A DNA stretch of 64,000 nt. Origin: Dictyostelium discoideum. Taxonomy: Eukaryota. A model generated the notes under the pieces. That model searched no databases. It saw only the letters and a program-made list of their open reading frames with translations, and was not told where the DNA came from. Position numbers and translations under genes: made by a program. Location of the stretch: contig CM000150.2 of the NCBI GenBank assembly GCA_000004695.1, positions 1,472,001-1,536,000 of the forward strand. The letters run 5' to 3'. Every line of letters starts with the position of its first letter. The stretch's first letter is position 1. This document shows, in pieces, positions 1-13,940 of the stretch.

Positions 1-613
1 TTGTAACTTGTGACCCATTGAATCTATTACTCTCTGGATGCGTTGGATCATACTGGTCATTGCCCTCAATGAATTTGTTGCCTTCTTGAGTGGCAAGTTT
101 TGAATAGGTTGCTAATAAATCATCACATTCATAACCATCGACTTTTGTGAATGCAACATTTATTGAATCTGTGACTTCGGGTATTAGTAAAAGTTGTTGT
201 AATAATTCTGGTGGTGTTGGTGGTCTATTGGATTTATATTCTGGATATAAATCACGTCTAAAACTACTTCCACCTTTTGGATCAAAACAAACCACTATAC
301 TATCAATTGGTTTCAATTCATCAATAACCTTTAACATTGATCTCATAAATCCATATAAAACATTAACATTCATACCTTCATTAGTTAATGATGGTGTCGT
401 TGCATTTGCCTTATATGCCATTAATGTACCATCAATTAATACAGTATGTTTTTTTCTTTTTTCAATTTTAATATCTTTTATTGTTGTCATTGTTGTTGTC
501 ATTGTTGTTGAAGTTGTAGTAGTAGTATCACCTATTATTGGTACATTATTATTATTTACATTATTTTCAATATTATTTAATATTGAATCTTTTTTATTAT
601 TTACATTTATTGT

Positions 614-648
<35 letters not shown>

Positions 649-1262
649 TTATTTGATTAACTATATTTTCAAAATTCATTTGTTCAATTGAGTGACGATG
701 ATGATGATTATTAGTATTAAAAGTATCTTGACCATAATTATAACTATTAAATTGAAAGTCAGTATCTATTATAGGAGAATCTACAATTTGTGGATGTTGT
801 TGAAATGGCATTTGGTAATCATTTAAAACGAATGATGATGGTATTTGTTGAATAGTTTTCTTTATTACATTAGTTGGCTTTTTAAAATAAATCTTTTCAC
901 CATTTGATAATGATAAATATGGAACATTGGATTTAATTTTAATTTTCATTTTTTTAGTTTTCGGTATTTCTTTTTTGATAATATTTATGCCATCATTTTT
1001 TATATCATTTTTTATATCATCACTATTATTATTATTATTACTATTATTACTATTGTTATTATTATTATTACTATTATTACTATTATTACTATTATTATTA
1101 TCTAATTGGTTGGTTATTGGATTTATTATTATATTATCATTAGTAAAATATTTATTATTATAATTATTATAATTATTAGAAAATGAATTTATGAAAAAAT
1201 TTGTAATTAAAGGTGTTTTTAAATTATTTAGATTTTTTTTATATTGTTTTGATATCGTTATC
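1..1262 (-). CDS. Bacterial-type 5'-3' exonuclease (53EXO/FEN-like, Pol I N-terminal type) domain protein. The C-terminus runs off the window edge, and there is a long Asn/Ser/Thr-rich N-terminal extension.
   Basis: The reverse-strand translation from ~490 downwards reads MTTIKDIKIEKRKKHTVLIDGTLMAYKANATTPSLTNEGMNVNVLYGFMRSMLKVIDELKPIDSIVVCFDPKGGSSFRRDLYPEYKSNRPPTPPELLQQLLLIPEVTDSINVAFTKVDGYECDDLLATYSKLA. This matches the hallmark motifs of Pol I-type 5'-3' exonucleases (YK.NR...P..L, ExDD). The frame stays open upstream to an ATG near 1262, so the start is either ~1262 or the internal ATG at ~490. The +strand ORFs 147..656 and 927..1163 are antisense artefacts. Confidence 0.55.
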
Positions 1263-1866
1263 ATTTTTAACAATTTAATAATCTAATTTATTTTTATTTT
1301 TTTTTTTTTTTTTTTTTTTTATTTTTTGGAAATAAATTAAAATAATGAAAAAAAAAAAAAAAAAAAATTTTGAAAAAAACGAATTGAACAAATCTAATAT
1401 TAAAATTAATTTTAATTTTAATTTTTATTTTTTTTTTGGGAATTGATTTAATTTGGGGTGGTTGTGAAATTAAATTTATTTAAAGATTTGGATTTAGTTC
1501 AAGCTCTAAATAATTTAAACTATGAAATCCATACATTAGATGAGAAACCGTGAAAATAATAAAAATAAACATAAAAATAAAAAAAAATAAAATATAATAA
1601 AAATAGTAATAATAATAATAATAATTTTAAATCAAATATTAAATTTATTTTTTATTTTTTTTTATTTTTTTTTTTTTCCAAATATTTTAATCATTATCTG
1701 TTTAATTCACAAACAAAACTTTTTTTTTTTTTTTTTTTTTTTATTTTTTTTTTTTTTTTCATCAAAAAATTTTCACAAAAACGACTTTTTTTTATTTTTT
1801 TTATTTTTTTTTTATTTTTTTTTCATATTACACATATCTGCATATTTATACCTATATATACATAAA

Positions 1867-2392
1867 ATGACTAAAAACGTAATTGGTTCAATAACAAAGA
1901 ATTTAGAAACAGTATTTGGAACTTTAGCAAAAAGAAAGAGTAAAGGTGAAAATTTATTAGATGTTTGTTTTTCATTACCAAGTAGAGGTGTTGGAAATAA
2001 ATTTGCTAAAATGGGTTGGACTGAAAAAGATACATATTGGACCGTAACAAAAACAAAATTTAATAGTATTACTGTATGTCATTATTTTTTTTATTTTTTA
2101 TTTTTATTTTTATTGTACTTTTTATTTAACACATTCAAAAAAAAAAAAAAATAAAAAAAATAAAAAATAAAAAATATATTAGTGTACAAATTCATCATTA
2201 AAAGGTCAAGCATATGGTATTTTAACATGGGGTGGTAAAACAGATACAAAAGAAAGAAAAATTGATGATGCTTTTTCAAAAGATTGGACAATTTACCCAG
2301 CTATTAAATTTCCAGCTGCAGCTGAACCAGTTGTTGAAACTGTTATAACTGAAGAAAATCCTCAAACTGAAGAACAACAACAACAAAACTAA
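1867..2392 (+). CDS. Small hypothetical protein, two exons
   Basis: Exon 1 is 1867..2073, ending before a GTATGT donor at 2074. The intron is 2074..2182 (acceptor ttag). Exon 2 is 2183..2392 with TAA at 2390. The joined frame reads ...KFNSIT|CTNSSLKGQAYGILTWGGKTDTKERKIDDAFSKDW...QTEEQQQQN*. I recognise no family. Confidence 0.45.
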
Positions 2393-2441
2393 AATAACAC
2401 TAATAATAACAATATCAACAACAATAATAATAATAATAACA

Positions 2442-2475
<34 letters not shown>

Positions 2476-2662
2476 CAACAACAAACATCAACATTTAGCT
2501 TATATATAACTTTTTTTTTTTTTTTTTTGGGTGAACTTTTTTTTTTATTCAATCATTCTTCCTTCTTGTCAAATAAATCAACTTTCCATTATTCATCAAC
2601 CAATTAAAAAAAAAAAAAAAAACAAAACAAAACAAAACAAAACAAAGAATATAAATAATTAC

Positions 2663-2729
2663 AACAATAAACGCAACTAAATTATAGGGATTAAAGAAAT
2701 TAATAATTGGATAAAGTTTATACTTTAAT

Positions 2730-2773
<44 letters not shown>

Positions 2774-2896
2774 ATGACAGTCACCACTTGGATTTACAAT
2801 AGCTATTATTAATACAACTCGTTTGTTTGAGTTGGAATTTAAGATTTGAGACTTGAGATATCCTGTACTTTAATATAAGTTTTGTACTTTAGCGAG

Positions 2897-2943
<47 letters not shown>

Positions 2944-3175
2944 ATACCAATAATAACAGCAAAATGAATAAATGCAACTATAATATAGGATAAGAAATTG
3001 GATAGAGTTTATACCTTAATTAATTATTGATTTTTTTTTTTTTTTTTCCAAACTGGGTTTAATAACGCCATGTGAGAGCTATTATTATTATTTCTAATGG
3101 AAAGCAGTAATTACATTAGTTTGTTTGAGTTGAGATTGGAGATGGAATCATATGCAATAATCCAAAAAAAAAAAA
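2663..3175. repeat. Degenerate tandem duplication of two ~230-bp units. Each unit has an internal T-run and a terminal A-run.
   Basis: Unit A (~2663-2935) and unit B (~2941-3175) share blocks such as caaCTAtAATATAGGaTAAgAAATTgGATAgAGTTTATACcTTAATTA and GTTTGTTTGAGTTG(G/A)GATT at ~60-65% identity. Unit A carries TGATGAC right after its T-run. Confidence 0.4.
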
Positions 3176-3253
3176 TAAAAGATAAAAAATTAAAAATTAA
3201 AAAATTAAAAACTAATACACTATATATATATTAAACTATTATTATTTTATTTT

Positions 3254-6148
<2,895 letters not shown>

Positions 6149-6644
6149 TTTTATCTATCTACATGTGTGTGTTATCTTTTATTACATAATAAAATAAAAA
6201 AATGATGTGAAAAGAAAAAATAAAAAAAAAAAAAAAAAACTAAAATAAAATAAAATGAAATCTGAAAATAAAAAAAAAAAAATAAAAAGGTTATAAATTA
6301 AACGAATTTTTAAAAAAAAAAAAAAATAAAAAAAAAAATTAAAAAATTGCATCATGATTAAAATAAGTTTTTTTTTTTTGTTTTTTTAACACAATCCCAA
6401 ATGTTTTGAAAATGTTGTAATTGAAAATTTTTATATAGGAAAAAGTAAAAAAAATCATTACCAGAGTGTTAATTTTTAATCATTTTTTTATTTTTTTTTT
6501 GGCTGACTACCGCCATTTTTTTTTTTTTTCTCTACTCAAAATTATAAAATTTATTATTAATTTATATTTTTTAAAAATAAAATACAACCAAAATATAATT
6601 ATAAATTTATATTTTATTTTTTTTCTTTAAATTTAAATAAAAAA

Positions 6645-6854
6645 GGGGGTGAGGCGCACTCTCGTAAATCTCTGAAGTTGTGCAATACAGAGCGAATGCG
6701 TAGAGGTCGAATGATGCAAGCACCAAACATATGACCTCACCTCGAAGAAAAATAAGTTTAATCGAATATGCACATCAACGTGTGATGGCAGAAAGAGATT
6801 AAGCTTTTTAGAACAGATACTACACATGATCAAAGCGAGACGCTTCAAGAAGGT
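6645..6854 (-). ncRNA. U2: U2 spliceosomal snRNA gene, copy 1
   Basis: The reverse complement contains GATCATGTGTAGTATCTGTTCT (the U2 branch-point-interaction region GAUCAAGUGUAGUAUCUGUUCU), a Sm-site-like ATTTTTCTTCGAGG, and the 3' domain ACGCATTCGCTCTGTATTGCA...GTGCGCCTCACCCCC, which matches U2 ...ACGCAUCGACCUGGUAUUGCA...GGUGCACCC. It is followed by a T-run. The 5' and 3' ends are estimated by alignment to metazoan U2, give or take about 5 nt. Confidence 0.8.
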
Positions 6855-6908
6855 ACCTTTTCAAAATGAAAAAACTACTCTTTTGTATTTAAATATATAA
6901 TTTTTTAT

Positions 6909-6915
6909 TTATGGG
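6909..6915 (-). promoter_or_regulatory. DUSE-like snRNA upstream element (CCCATAA) about 57 bp upstream of the minus-strand U2 copy
   Basis: The reverse complement of ttatggg at 6909-6915 is CCCATAA. It is placed symmetrically to the element upstream of the + copy. Dictyostelium snRNA genes are known to carry a conserved upstream element near -60. Confidence 0.5.
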
Positions 6916-6957
6916 TTTTTTTCTTTTCGTGAAAATAGTGAAGTTAAAAATTTATGA

Positions 6958-6999
<42 letters not shown>

Positions 7000-7134
7000 T
7001 AAAATATTTTTAGAAAATTTTCTTAACTCAAATCATGGTGTTATTAATAATATTAAATGATGTATAAAAAAAAACTTTATTTTTATTTTTATTTTGAATA
7101 TTGTTTTTTTTTTTTTTTCAAGAATTCATGAGGA

Positions 7135-7141
7135 CCCATAA
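7135..7141 (+). promoter_or_regulatory. DUSE-like snRNA upstream element (gaCCCATAAaaa) about 60 bp upstream of the + U2 copy
   Basis: cccataa at 7135-7141 sits in a slightly GC-richer patch (gaattcatgaggacccataaaaa) within the AT-rich spacer. Confidence 0.5.
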
Positions 7142-7197
7142 AAATAAAAAGTTAATACTTTTAAATAAAAAAAGAAATAATTTCATTTTGAAAAGGT

Positions 7198-7407
7198 ACC
7201 TTCTTGAAGCGTCTCGCTTTGATCATGTGTAGTATCTGTTCTAGAAAGCTTAATCTCTTTCTGCCATCACACGTTGATGTGCATATTCGATTAAACTTAT
7301 TTTTCTTCGAGGTGAGGTCATATGTTTGGTGCTTGCATCATTCGACCTCTACGCATTCGCTCTGTATTGCACAACTTCAGAGATTTACGAGAGTGCGCCT
7401 CACCCCC
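7198..7407 (+). ncRNA. U2: U2 spliceosomal snRNA gene, copy 2, a perfect inverted duplicate of copy 1
   Basis: The same sequence as 6645..6854 lies on the + strand. The inverted repeat spans ~6621-6868 and 7184-7437. The two genes are transcribed divergently from a ~340-bp spacer. Confidence 0.8.
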
Positions 7408-7678
7408 TTTTTTTATTTAAATTTAAAGAAAAAAAAAAAAAAGTAATAATTTAATAACAAAATTTAAGAAATAAAATTAAATAAAAAATTAAATTTATTT
7501 ATTTATTTATTTATACATGAATAATAAAAATAAGAAAGGGAGATAAGAACCTGTTTTATTTATTTTTTATTTTTATTTTTTTTTTTTATTTTTTTTTTTA
7601 TTTAATCAATGTAAATGGATATATTGACTAGAGTCATCGTTTTAATTTATAATTTAATATTTATTATTATTTTTAATT

Positions 7679-8043
7679 TTATAAAAGCATTTTATTTGCA
7701 CACCAAATTCTTTGTAAAATATCATTTTGTACATCATTTAAAGAACTCCAAAGTTCTCTTTGAATTGCAGGTAAACCATTAACTTCTTTTCTTTCACAAG
7801 CGATTAATAGGTTGTTTAAGATTGCGATAGTTTCTTCAGACAATTCAGAACCTGCACTATATTGAGAATGTTGTTCATTTATATCATTTACTAATTTACT
7901 AAGTTGTGCTTGTGATTTTGAAAAACTATCTTGTAAAATATATAATAAAAATAATGATACACGTGTTTCAATTAAAATAAATGGATATAATGACATACTA
8001 ACTGATGATGGTAATATTGTATTATTATTTATATTATTATTTA

Positions 8044-8080
<37 letters not shown>

Positions 8081-8888
8081 GTTATTAATATCATTAAAAA
8101 AATTATTATGATTACTATTATTATTAATTTGATCAAAACTACTATTAGTTGTTGTATTTAGTAATGATAATTGATTCATTCTAGATTCTAATGGTTGTGT
8201 TGTTTCACCTGCAATATTTACAATTAAATCTAAATAATCACAAGCACCCTTATAATCCCATTCCATAATTTTACAATATGCTGCTTCTTTTAATGAGTTG
8301 ATTGCACTTATTGGACTTTCTGTCCTTTGAATTTCTGCTGCCTTTTGAAAATATTCTGCACCTTCTTCTAATTTATTTAATCTTTTTAATATTGATGCCA
8401 TTTCAAAATATAATGTACCCATTATACTAAATCTTTTATAATTTTGATAAATCTTTTTTTTTATAAAAGTAAATAAAAAAAATAAAAAAATTAATATTAA
8501 TAAATATATATATATATAATAATGATGTTTTTTTTTTTTTAAAATTTACTTTTATAGCTAATAAATAACAATTAATTGCTTCAGGTATATTCTCTTCAAA
8601 TGATATTATTTCAGATTCATTTGTTGAAATTTCATTTTCCCATATTAAATAACCAGCATCAATATAACATGAGGCTTCTGCTGATGATGAAGCTTTAATT
8701 GCTTGTTCACATCTACCAATTGATAGACAACAAAATGCTGCATATATATTATTACCTTCACGTTTAAATGAATTCATTACTTGTGTATATTGATCAACTG
8801 CTTCTGAATAATTTGGTTTCCTCATTGGAAACTTTTTTTTTTTTAATTTTTGTGATATTAATTTATAAGAATCTATTAAATGACTCAT
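7679..8888 (-). CDS. Soluble NSF attachment protein (SNAP) family, TPR-like, probably the gamma-SNAP-type paralogue
   Basis: There are two exons, complement(8550..8888) and complement(7679..8452), with a 97-bp intron at 8453..8549 (GTAAAT donor, AG acceptor, phase 0). The joined product reads ...DAGYLIWENE..EAINCYLLAIK|IYQNYKRFSIMGTLYFEMASILKRLNKLEEGAEYFQKAAEI... This aligns with alpha-SNAP [44 protein letters not shown]. A poly-N insertion lies in the middle. Confidence 0.65.
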
Positions 8889-9291
8889 TCTTATTTATTA
8901 TTTATTATTATTATATTATTATATTATTATATTTTAAAATTGGGAGGGGGTGAAAAGGGAATGTTGATTTGAAAAAAAAAAAAAAAAAAAAAAATTTGAA
9001 AAAAAAAAAAAAAAAGGAAAAAAAAAGAAAAAAAAAAATAATATTGTTGTCTGGTTATATATAACCATATAATTTTTTAAAGAAAAAGATTTTATAAATA
9101 ATAAAAAAAAAAAAAAAAAATAGATTATTTCAGTTTACCCAATTTTTTAATATTTTTAATAAAAATTCTATTTATTTTTATTATTATATTTTTTTTTAAA
9201 AAAAGAAATCAGGGTTTTTTATTTTTTTTTATCTTCACAATTTTTTAAATTAATAAAAACAAAAAAATAAAAATAAAAATAAAAATTTTTT

Positions 9292-9344
<53 letters not shown>

Positions 9345-9368
9345 CATTTAAAAAATAATAAATAAAGA

Positions 9369-11750
9369 ATGAATTTTAAAATTATATATTTTATAATTTT
9401 ATCAATAATAGTTTCATATTTTTCAAAGATTGGTATTGATTATTATTTTAGTAGTGATGAAATTAAAGAGAGATATTCATTATTTGAATATGTTGTAAAT
9501 GATCAAATAATAAAATTTGGTAGTAATAGAGATAGAGATCTTTTTGATAGATCACATTATAATGAAGAAGTATTTTATAATATAAAGATATCAAAAGAAG
9601 TTCAAGATGCACTTAGATATGGTAAACCAATCGTATCATTAGAGTCTACAATTATTTCACATGGTATGCCATTCCCACAGAATTATGAAACTGCATTGGA
9701 GGTTGAATCAATCGTTAGATCATATGGTGTTATTCCAGCAACTATTGCAATTTTAAATGGTACAATTCATATTGGATTAACCGAGAAAGAGATTCACTAT
9801 TTAGCAACGGTTGGTAAGGATGCAATTAAAACGTCACGTCGTGACATTGCCATGGTGACATCGATGGGTAAGACAGGATCTACCACGGTTTCAGCAACTA
9901 TTTTATTCTCAAATTTAGTGGGTATCAAAGTGTTTGTCACTGGTGGATTGGGTGGTGTTCATAGGGGTGCCGAAACAAGTTTAGATGTGAGTGCAGATTT
10001 AACAGAGTTGGGTAAGAATGGTGTTATGGTAGTTTCAGCAGGTGTAAAGAGTATATTGGATATTGGAAAGACTTTGGAATATTTAGAGACTCAAGGTGTT
10101 ACAGTGGTGACTTTTGGTTCTGATGAATTCCCAGCATTCTTTACAAAACATTCAGGTGTAAAGACACCAAATCGTTTGGATACCGTTGACCAATGTGCAA
10201 AACTTCTCTACTCAAATCAGTTACTTCAATTAAAGAGTGGCATGGTCGTTGCCGTGCCACCACGTGATAATGAACATTCTGAGCTCATTGACCGTGCAAT
10301 CAAAGAATCAATTGAACAATCAAAAGTAGATGGTATTTTGGGTAAAGATATTACACCCTATCTCTTAAAGAAAGTAAATGAAAAAACTGGTGGTAAATCA
10401 TTAGAATCAAATATTGAATTGGTTAAAAACAATGCTAGAATTGGTTCACAAATTTCTAAACATTATTATAATTTATTAAAAAATAAACAATCACCAACTA
10501 GTAGCACTACTACCATTAAAGGTGATGAATTAGTTTTCAACTATTTTGACCAACGAGTAAATACTTTTCTTAGAAATTATTTTAAAACATTATCAGCAGA
10601 GACTTTGTTATTAAATGGTCCAAATAAATTAAAAGGTTTAAATGGACCAAAACCAAATAAACAATTGGCTGATAATCATATTGAGTATGATATTGTGGTG
10701 GTTGGTGGTGCAGTGATCGATATGATTTCTCATCCATTTAAAGAGAGTGGTTTCCAAATGGAAACTTCAAATCCGGGTGCTATTTCAATTAAAATGGGTG
10801 GCGTTGGTCGTAATGTTGCAGAGGTATTATCAAGATTACAAATGAATTCATTGTTTATTAGTTTGGTTGGTGACGATGTTCACTCTGGTCTATTGATGGA
10901 ATCATTTCAAAAAATGAATTTATCATCCAATGGTGTTGGTATCAAGGTTGGTAGTAAAACTGCAATTTACAATGCAATTATGAATGATCGTGGTGATTTG
11001 GCAGTTGCAATAGCTCAAATGGATATTTTCGATGAGATTACACCTTCCTACATTTCAAAATTTGATTTAACCTCAAGTAAACTTTTAGTTTTCGATGGTA
11101 ATATTCCAATTGAATCAATGACTTATTTAGCTCAACTATCAAGATCAAAAGGTATTAAACTTTGGTTCGAACCAACAAGTGTCTATAAATCTTCAAAAAT
11201 CGTTGAATCATTCATTTTATCTTCAATTACCTATATTTCACCAAATAGAGATGAATTAATTAAAATTTCAAATGAAATTATTAAAAAAGGTTTAATTAAA
11301 TTTGAAAATATTATAAATAATGATATAAATGGTAATTAATTAAAATTTATTTATTTATTTAGATTTATTTATTATATATTTAATTTTTATTAATATTATT
11401 TATTTATTTATTTAGATTTAGAAAATATTAAAAAGCATAGTATAATTTTAATTGAATCTGGTATAAAATATATTATTACAAAGATGGGATCAAAAGGAGT
11501 ATTATTAGCTTATAAAAAAGATGATGGAGAATTTAAATTTGAATTATTTTCAGCACCAGAAGTACCAGATAACAAGATTGTAGATGTAACAGGTGCTGGT
11601 GATAGTTTAGTTGGTTGTACAATTTATTCAATATTACTTGGTCATAATTTAACAACTGCAATCCCCCAATATGGTACCCCTTGTGCAAAAGAAAGTTTAT
11701 TATCAACAAATCCAGTTTCACCAAATATTAAAATTTCTTTATTTAAATAA
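9369..11750 (+). CDS. Bifunctional pseudouridine-5'-phosphate glycosidase (PsuG/IndA-like) fused to a PfkB-family carbohydrate (pseudouridine) kinase
   Basis: Exon 1 is 9369..11331 and exon 2 is 11416..11750, with an 84-bp intron (GTAATT...TTTAG, phase 1). The N-terminal domain reads GKPIVSLESTIISHGMPFPQN...VFVTGGLGGVHRGAETSLDVSADL, the PsuG signature. The C-terminal domain reads DIVVVGGAVIDM...GGVGRNVA...DVTGAGDSLVG, the PfkB kinase signature. The first ~60 aa are hydrophobic and have no homology, so the start is uncertain. Confidence 0.7.
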
Positions 11751-11814
11751 ATATTTATTAAATTTTTTATTATTTTTTTCTTTAAAACATTTTTTAAAAA
11801 ACGTCTAATTGAAC

Positions 11815-11925
11815 TTTACCATTTTTACCACCATAATATGATAAAGAAACACCACCATTGAATTTTTAGTAATTTCACATTAGTCAAAACTATTTGAACA
11901 AGTTTAATCTGAACATTTTAATGAA
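11815..11925 (-). pseudogene. Short fragment of the MRH-domain secreted-protein family (the GVSLSYYGGKNG region)
   Basis: The stretch ccatttttaccaccataatatgataaagaaacacc... matches the central part of the intact paralogue at 13131..13859. It is flanked by unrelated AT-rich sequence. Confidence 0.45.
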
Positions 11926-12029
11926 AAAAAAAAAAAAAAAAAACAAAAAAACAAAAAAACAAAAAAACAAAAAAAAAAAGATCTAATTTAATTTATTAAT
12001 AATTTTAAAATTTTTTATTTATTTATTTA

Positions 12030-12670
12030 AAAAACAAATTCACATTCCAAGTCAATTGAGTTACTTAAAAGTTTTTGAAAATTCTTTCTATGTAAAACTT
12101 AAACCTTTATTATTAATAGTGCATTAATGTTTTGGACTTGTAGGACTTGGTGTTGGAGTTGGTGTTGGTGTTAGTGTTGGAGTTGGTGTTGAATTAATTG
12201 GACAAGCATACATTGAACTCATTGAACATTTATATATTGGAACTAATGAATTAATTCTGATACAGTGATTGGTATTTAAAATAGCTGATGGTTCACAGTA
12301 AAAGTCTAATTTAACTGTACCATTTTTACTACCATTATATGATAAGGAAACACCATTTGAAATTTGAGTAATTTCACTTTTTTCAATATAAGTCATTGGT
12401 AAACAGTTTCATTTTTATAAAAATAAAGGCAACTTTGAACATTGGTTAAATTGTCCGTTTCTTTAAACTATTGCATTTTGGACAATATCCACAAATATTG
12501 AAAAAAAGGAAGAGCATTAATTCTCCATAAGGAATGTCGGAGATTGATCGTGTATAATAATAATCTCCTTTTTTAGTCAATGGTGATAAATCGATTAAAC
12601 CTTGAGCTGTGTTTAATTTACAAACATTATTATTACAATATCCAAATGAAAAATTTAATAAATAACTTAA
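12030..12670 (-). pseudogene. MRH-domain secreted-protein paralogue, copy A. It is degenerate, with a frameshifted N-terminal half and a premature stop.
   Basis: The ORF 12124..12396 encodes only the C-terminal half of the domain plus a TP-linker and then stops. Upstream in another frame lies a signal-peptide/LIDLSPL segment at ~12430-12670. The 3' region at 12030-12124 still matches the C-terminal Cys-module of copy B. Confidence 0.55.
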
Positions 12671-13130
12671 AGTTAAAAAAATAATAATTTATTCATTTTT
12701 TTTATATTTATTGAATGATGAAGAAAAAAAAATTGTATAAATTGATAATTAAAATACTTAAAAATTTATTTAAAAAAAGATTAAATAAAAAATTAATTAA
12801 AATTCTGTTTTTTAAACACTTACTCCAATTGGTTTTTTCGATTGTGATAGTTTTTTTTTTTTTTTTAATTTTGACTAAAAAAGGTAAGGTATTTTTGTGA
12901 ATCATTATTAATATTAAATTATATTACATCTTTGTTTTTGTTCACTTGGGTTTTTTATTGTTTTTGTTTTTTTTTTTTTTTTTTTATTTTTAAAAAATAT
13001 AATAAACATTTATTTACTGATAAAAATTGTTCATAAACACCAAATAAAAGAAAAAAAAAAATACCAAAGTAAACAAAAAAAAAAGATGTAGTATAATTAA
13101 TAAATAATTTTAAATTATTTATTTATTTAT

Positions 13131-13859
13131 TTAAAAAACAAATTCACATTCCACGCCAATTGAATTACATAAAATTTTTTGAGAATTCTTTTTATAATTA
13201 CAAGTAATTGAACTATTTGATGTAAAACTTAAACCTTCATTATTAATAATACATTTATGTTTTAGACCTTCTGGTGTTGGTGTTGAGCTTAAGGTTGGTG
13301 TTGGTGTTGAGCTTAAGGTTGGTGTTGGTGTTGAGGTTGGTGTTGAGGTTGTAGTTGGATTAATTGGACAAGCATGCATTGAATACATTGAACATTGATA
13401 TAATGGAACATATGTATTAATTCTAATACAATCATAGATGTTTAAAGTTTTAGCGGATGGATCGCAGTATATGTCTAATTGAGTTGTACCATTTTTACCA
13501 CCATAATATGATAAAGAAACACCATTTGAAATTTGAGTAATTTCACTTTTATCAGTATAACCCATTGGTGGAGCAGTACCATCTTGTGGATAAAAAGCAC
13601 AACTTTGAGCATTGGTTAAATAGTTGTTACTTCCTAAACTATTACATCTTTGTGTATATCCACAAATATTGAAAAATAGTGAGAATGATTTTGGTGGATA
13701 ATCAATGAATGATCCTGAAAAATAACCACCATTTGGTAAAGTCAATGGTGATAAATCAATTAGACCTTGCTTGGTGTTTAATTTACACACATTATTACTA
13801 TAACCAAATGAAAAATTAAATAAATAACCTATAGTTAAAAAAATAATTATTTTATTCAT
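13131..13859 (-). CDS. Secreted protein with a single MRH (mannose-6-phosphate receptor homology)-like domain, a Thr/Pro/Ser mucin-like linker and a small C-terminal Cys-module. This is the intact reference copy of a tandem family.
   Basis: It encodes 242 aa. There is a signal peptide MNKIIIFLTIGYLFNFSFG. The Cys pattern C..LIDLSPL..Y...Y.F.ICGY..C.....SCAFY...G.....L.YYGG..G....IYCD......C.RI.....Y.C.MYSM.AC matches the MRH-domain consensus. The linker is PTTTSTPTSTPTPTLSSTPTPTLSSTPTP. Confidence 0.55.
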   Translation of the reverse strand: MNKIIIFLTIGYLFNFSFGYSNNVCKLNTKQGLIDLSPLTLPNGGYFSGSFIDYPPKSFSLFFNICGYTQRCNSLGSNNYLTNAQSCAFYPQDGTAPPMGYTDKSEITQISNGVSLSYYGGKNGTTQLDIYCDPSAKTLNIYDCIRINTYVPLYQCSMYSMHACPINPTTTSTPTSTPTPTLSSTPTPTLSSTPTPEGLKHKCIINNEGLSFTSNSSITCNYKKNSQKILCNSIGVECEFVF

Positions 13860-13940
13860 TTTTTTAATATTTATTGGGTGATGAAGAAAAAAAAAGTAAA
13901 GAAAAAAAAAAAGAAAAAAATAAAAGTTTAAAAAAAAAAA

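Noticed and set aside
147-1163. +strand ORFs 147..656 and 927..1163
   Set aside because: They are antisense to the 5'-3' exonuclease gene. Their content is poly-L/V/D from the antisense of N/S codons.
6633-7446. Mirror-image 71-aa ORFs (6633..6848 minus; 7204..7446 plus) with identical translations
   Set aside because: They lie entirely within the two U2 snRNA copies. Identical translation is a consequence of the inverted repeat. They have no codon bias or start context and are not protein-coding.
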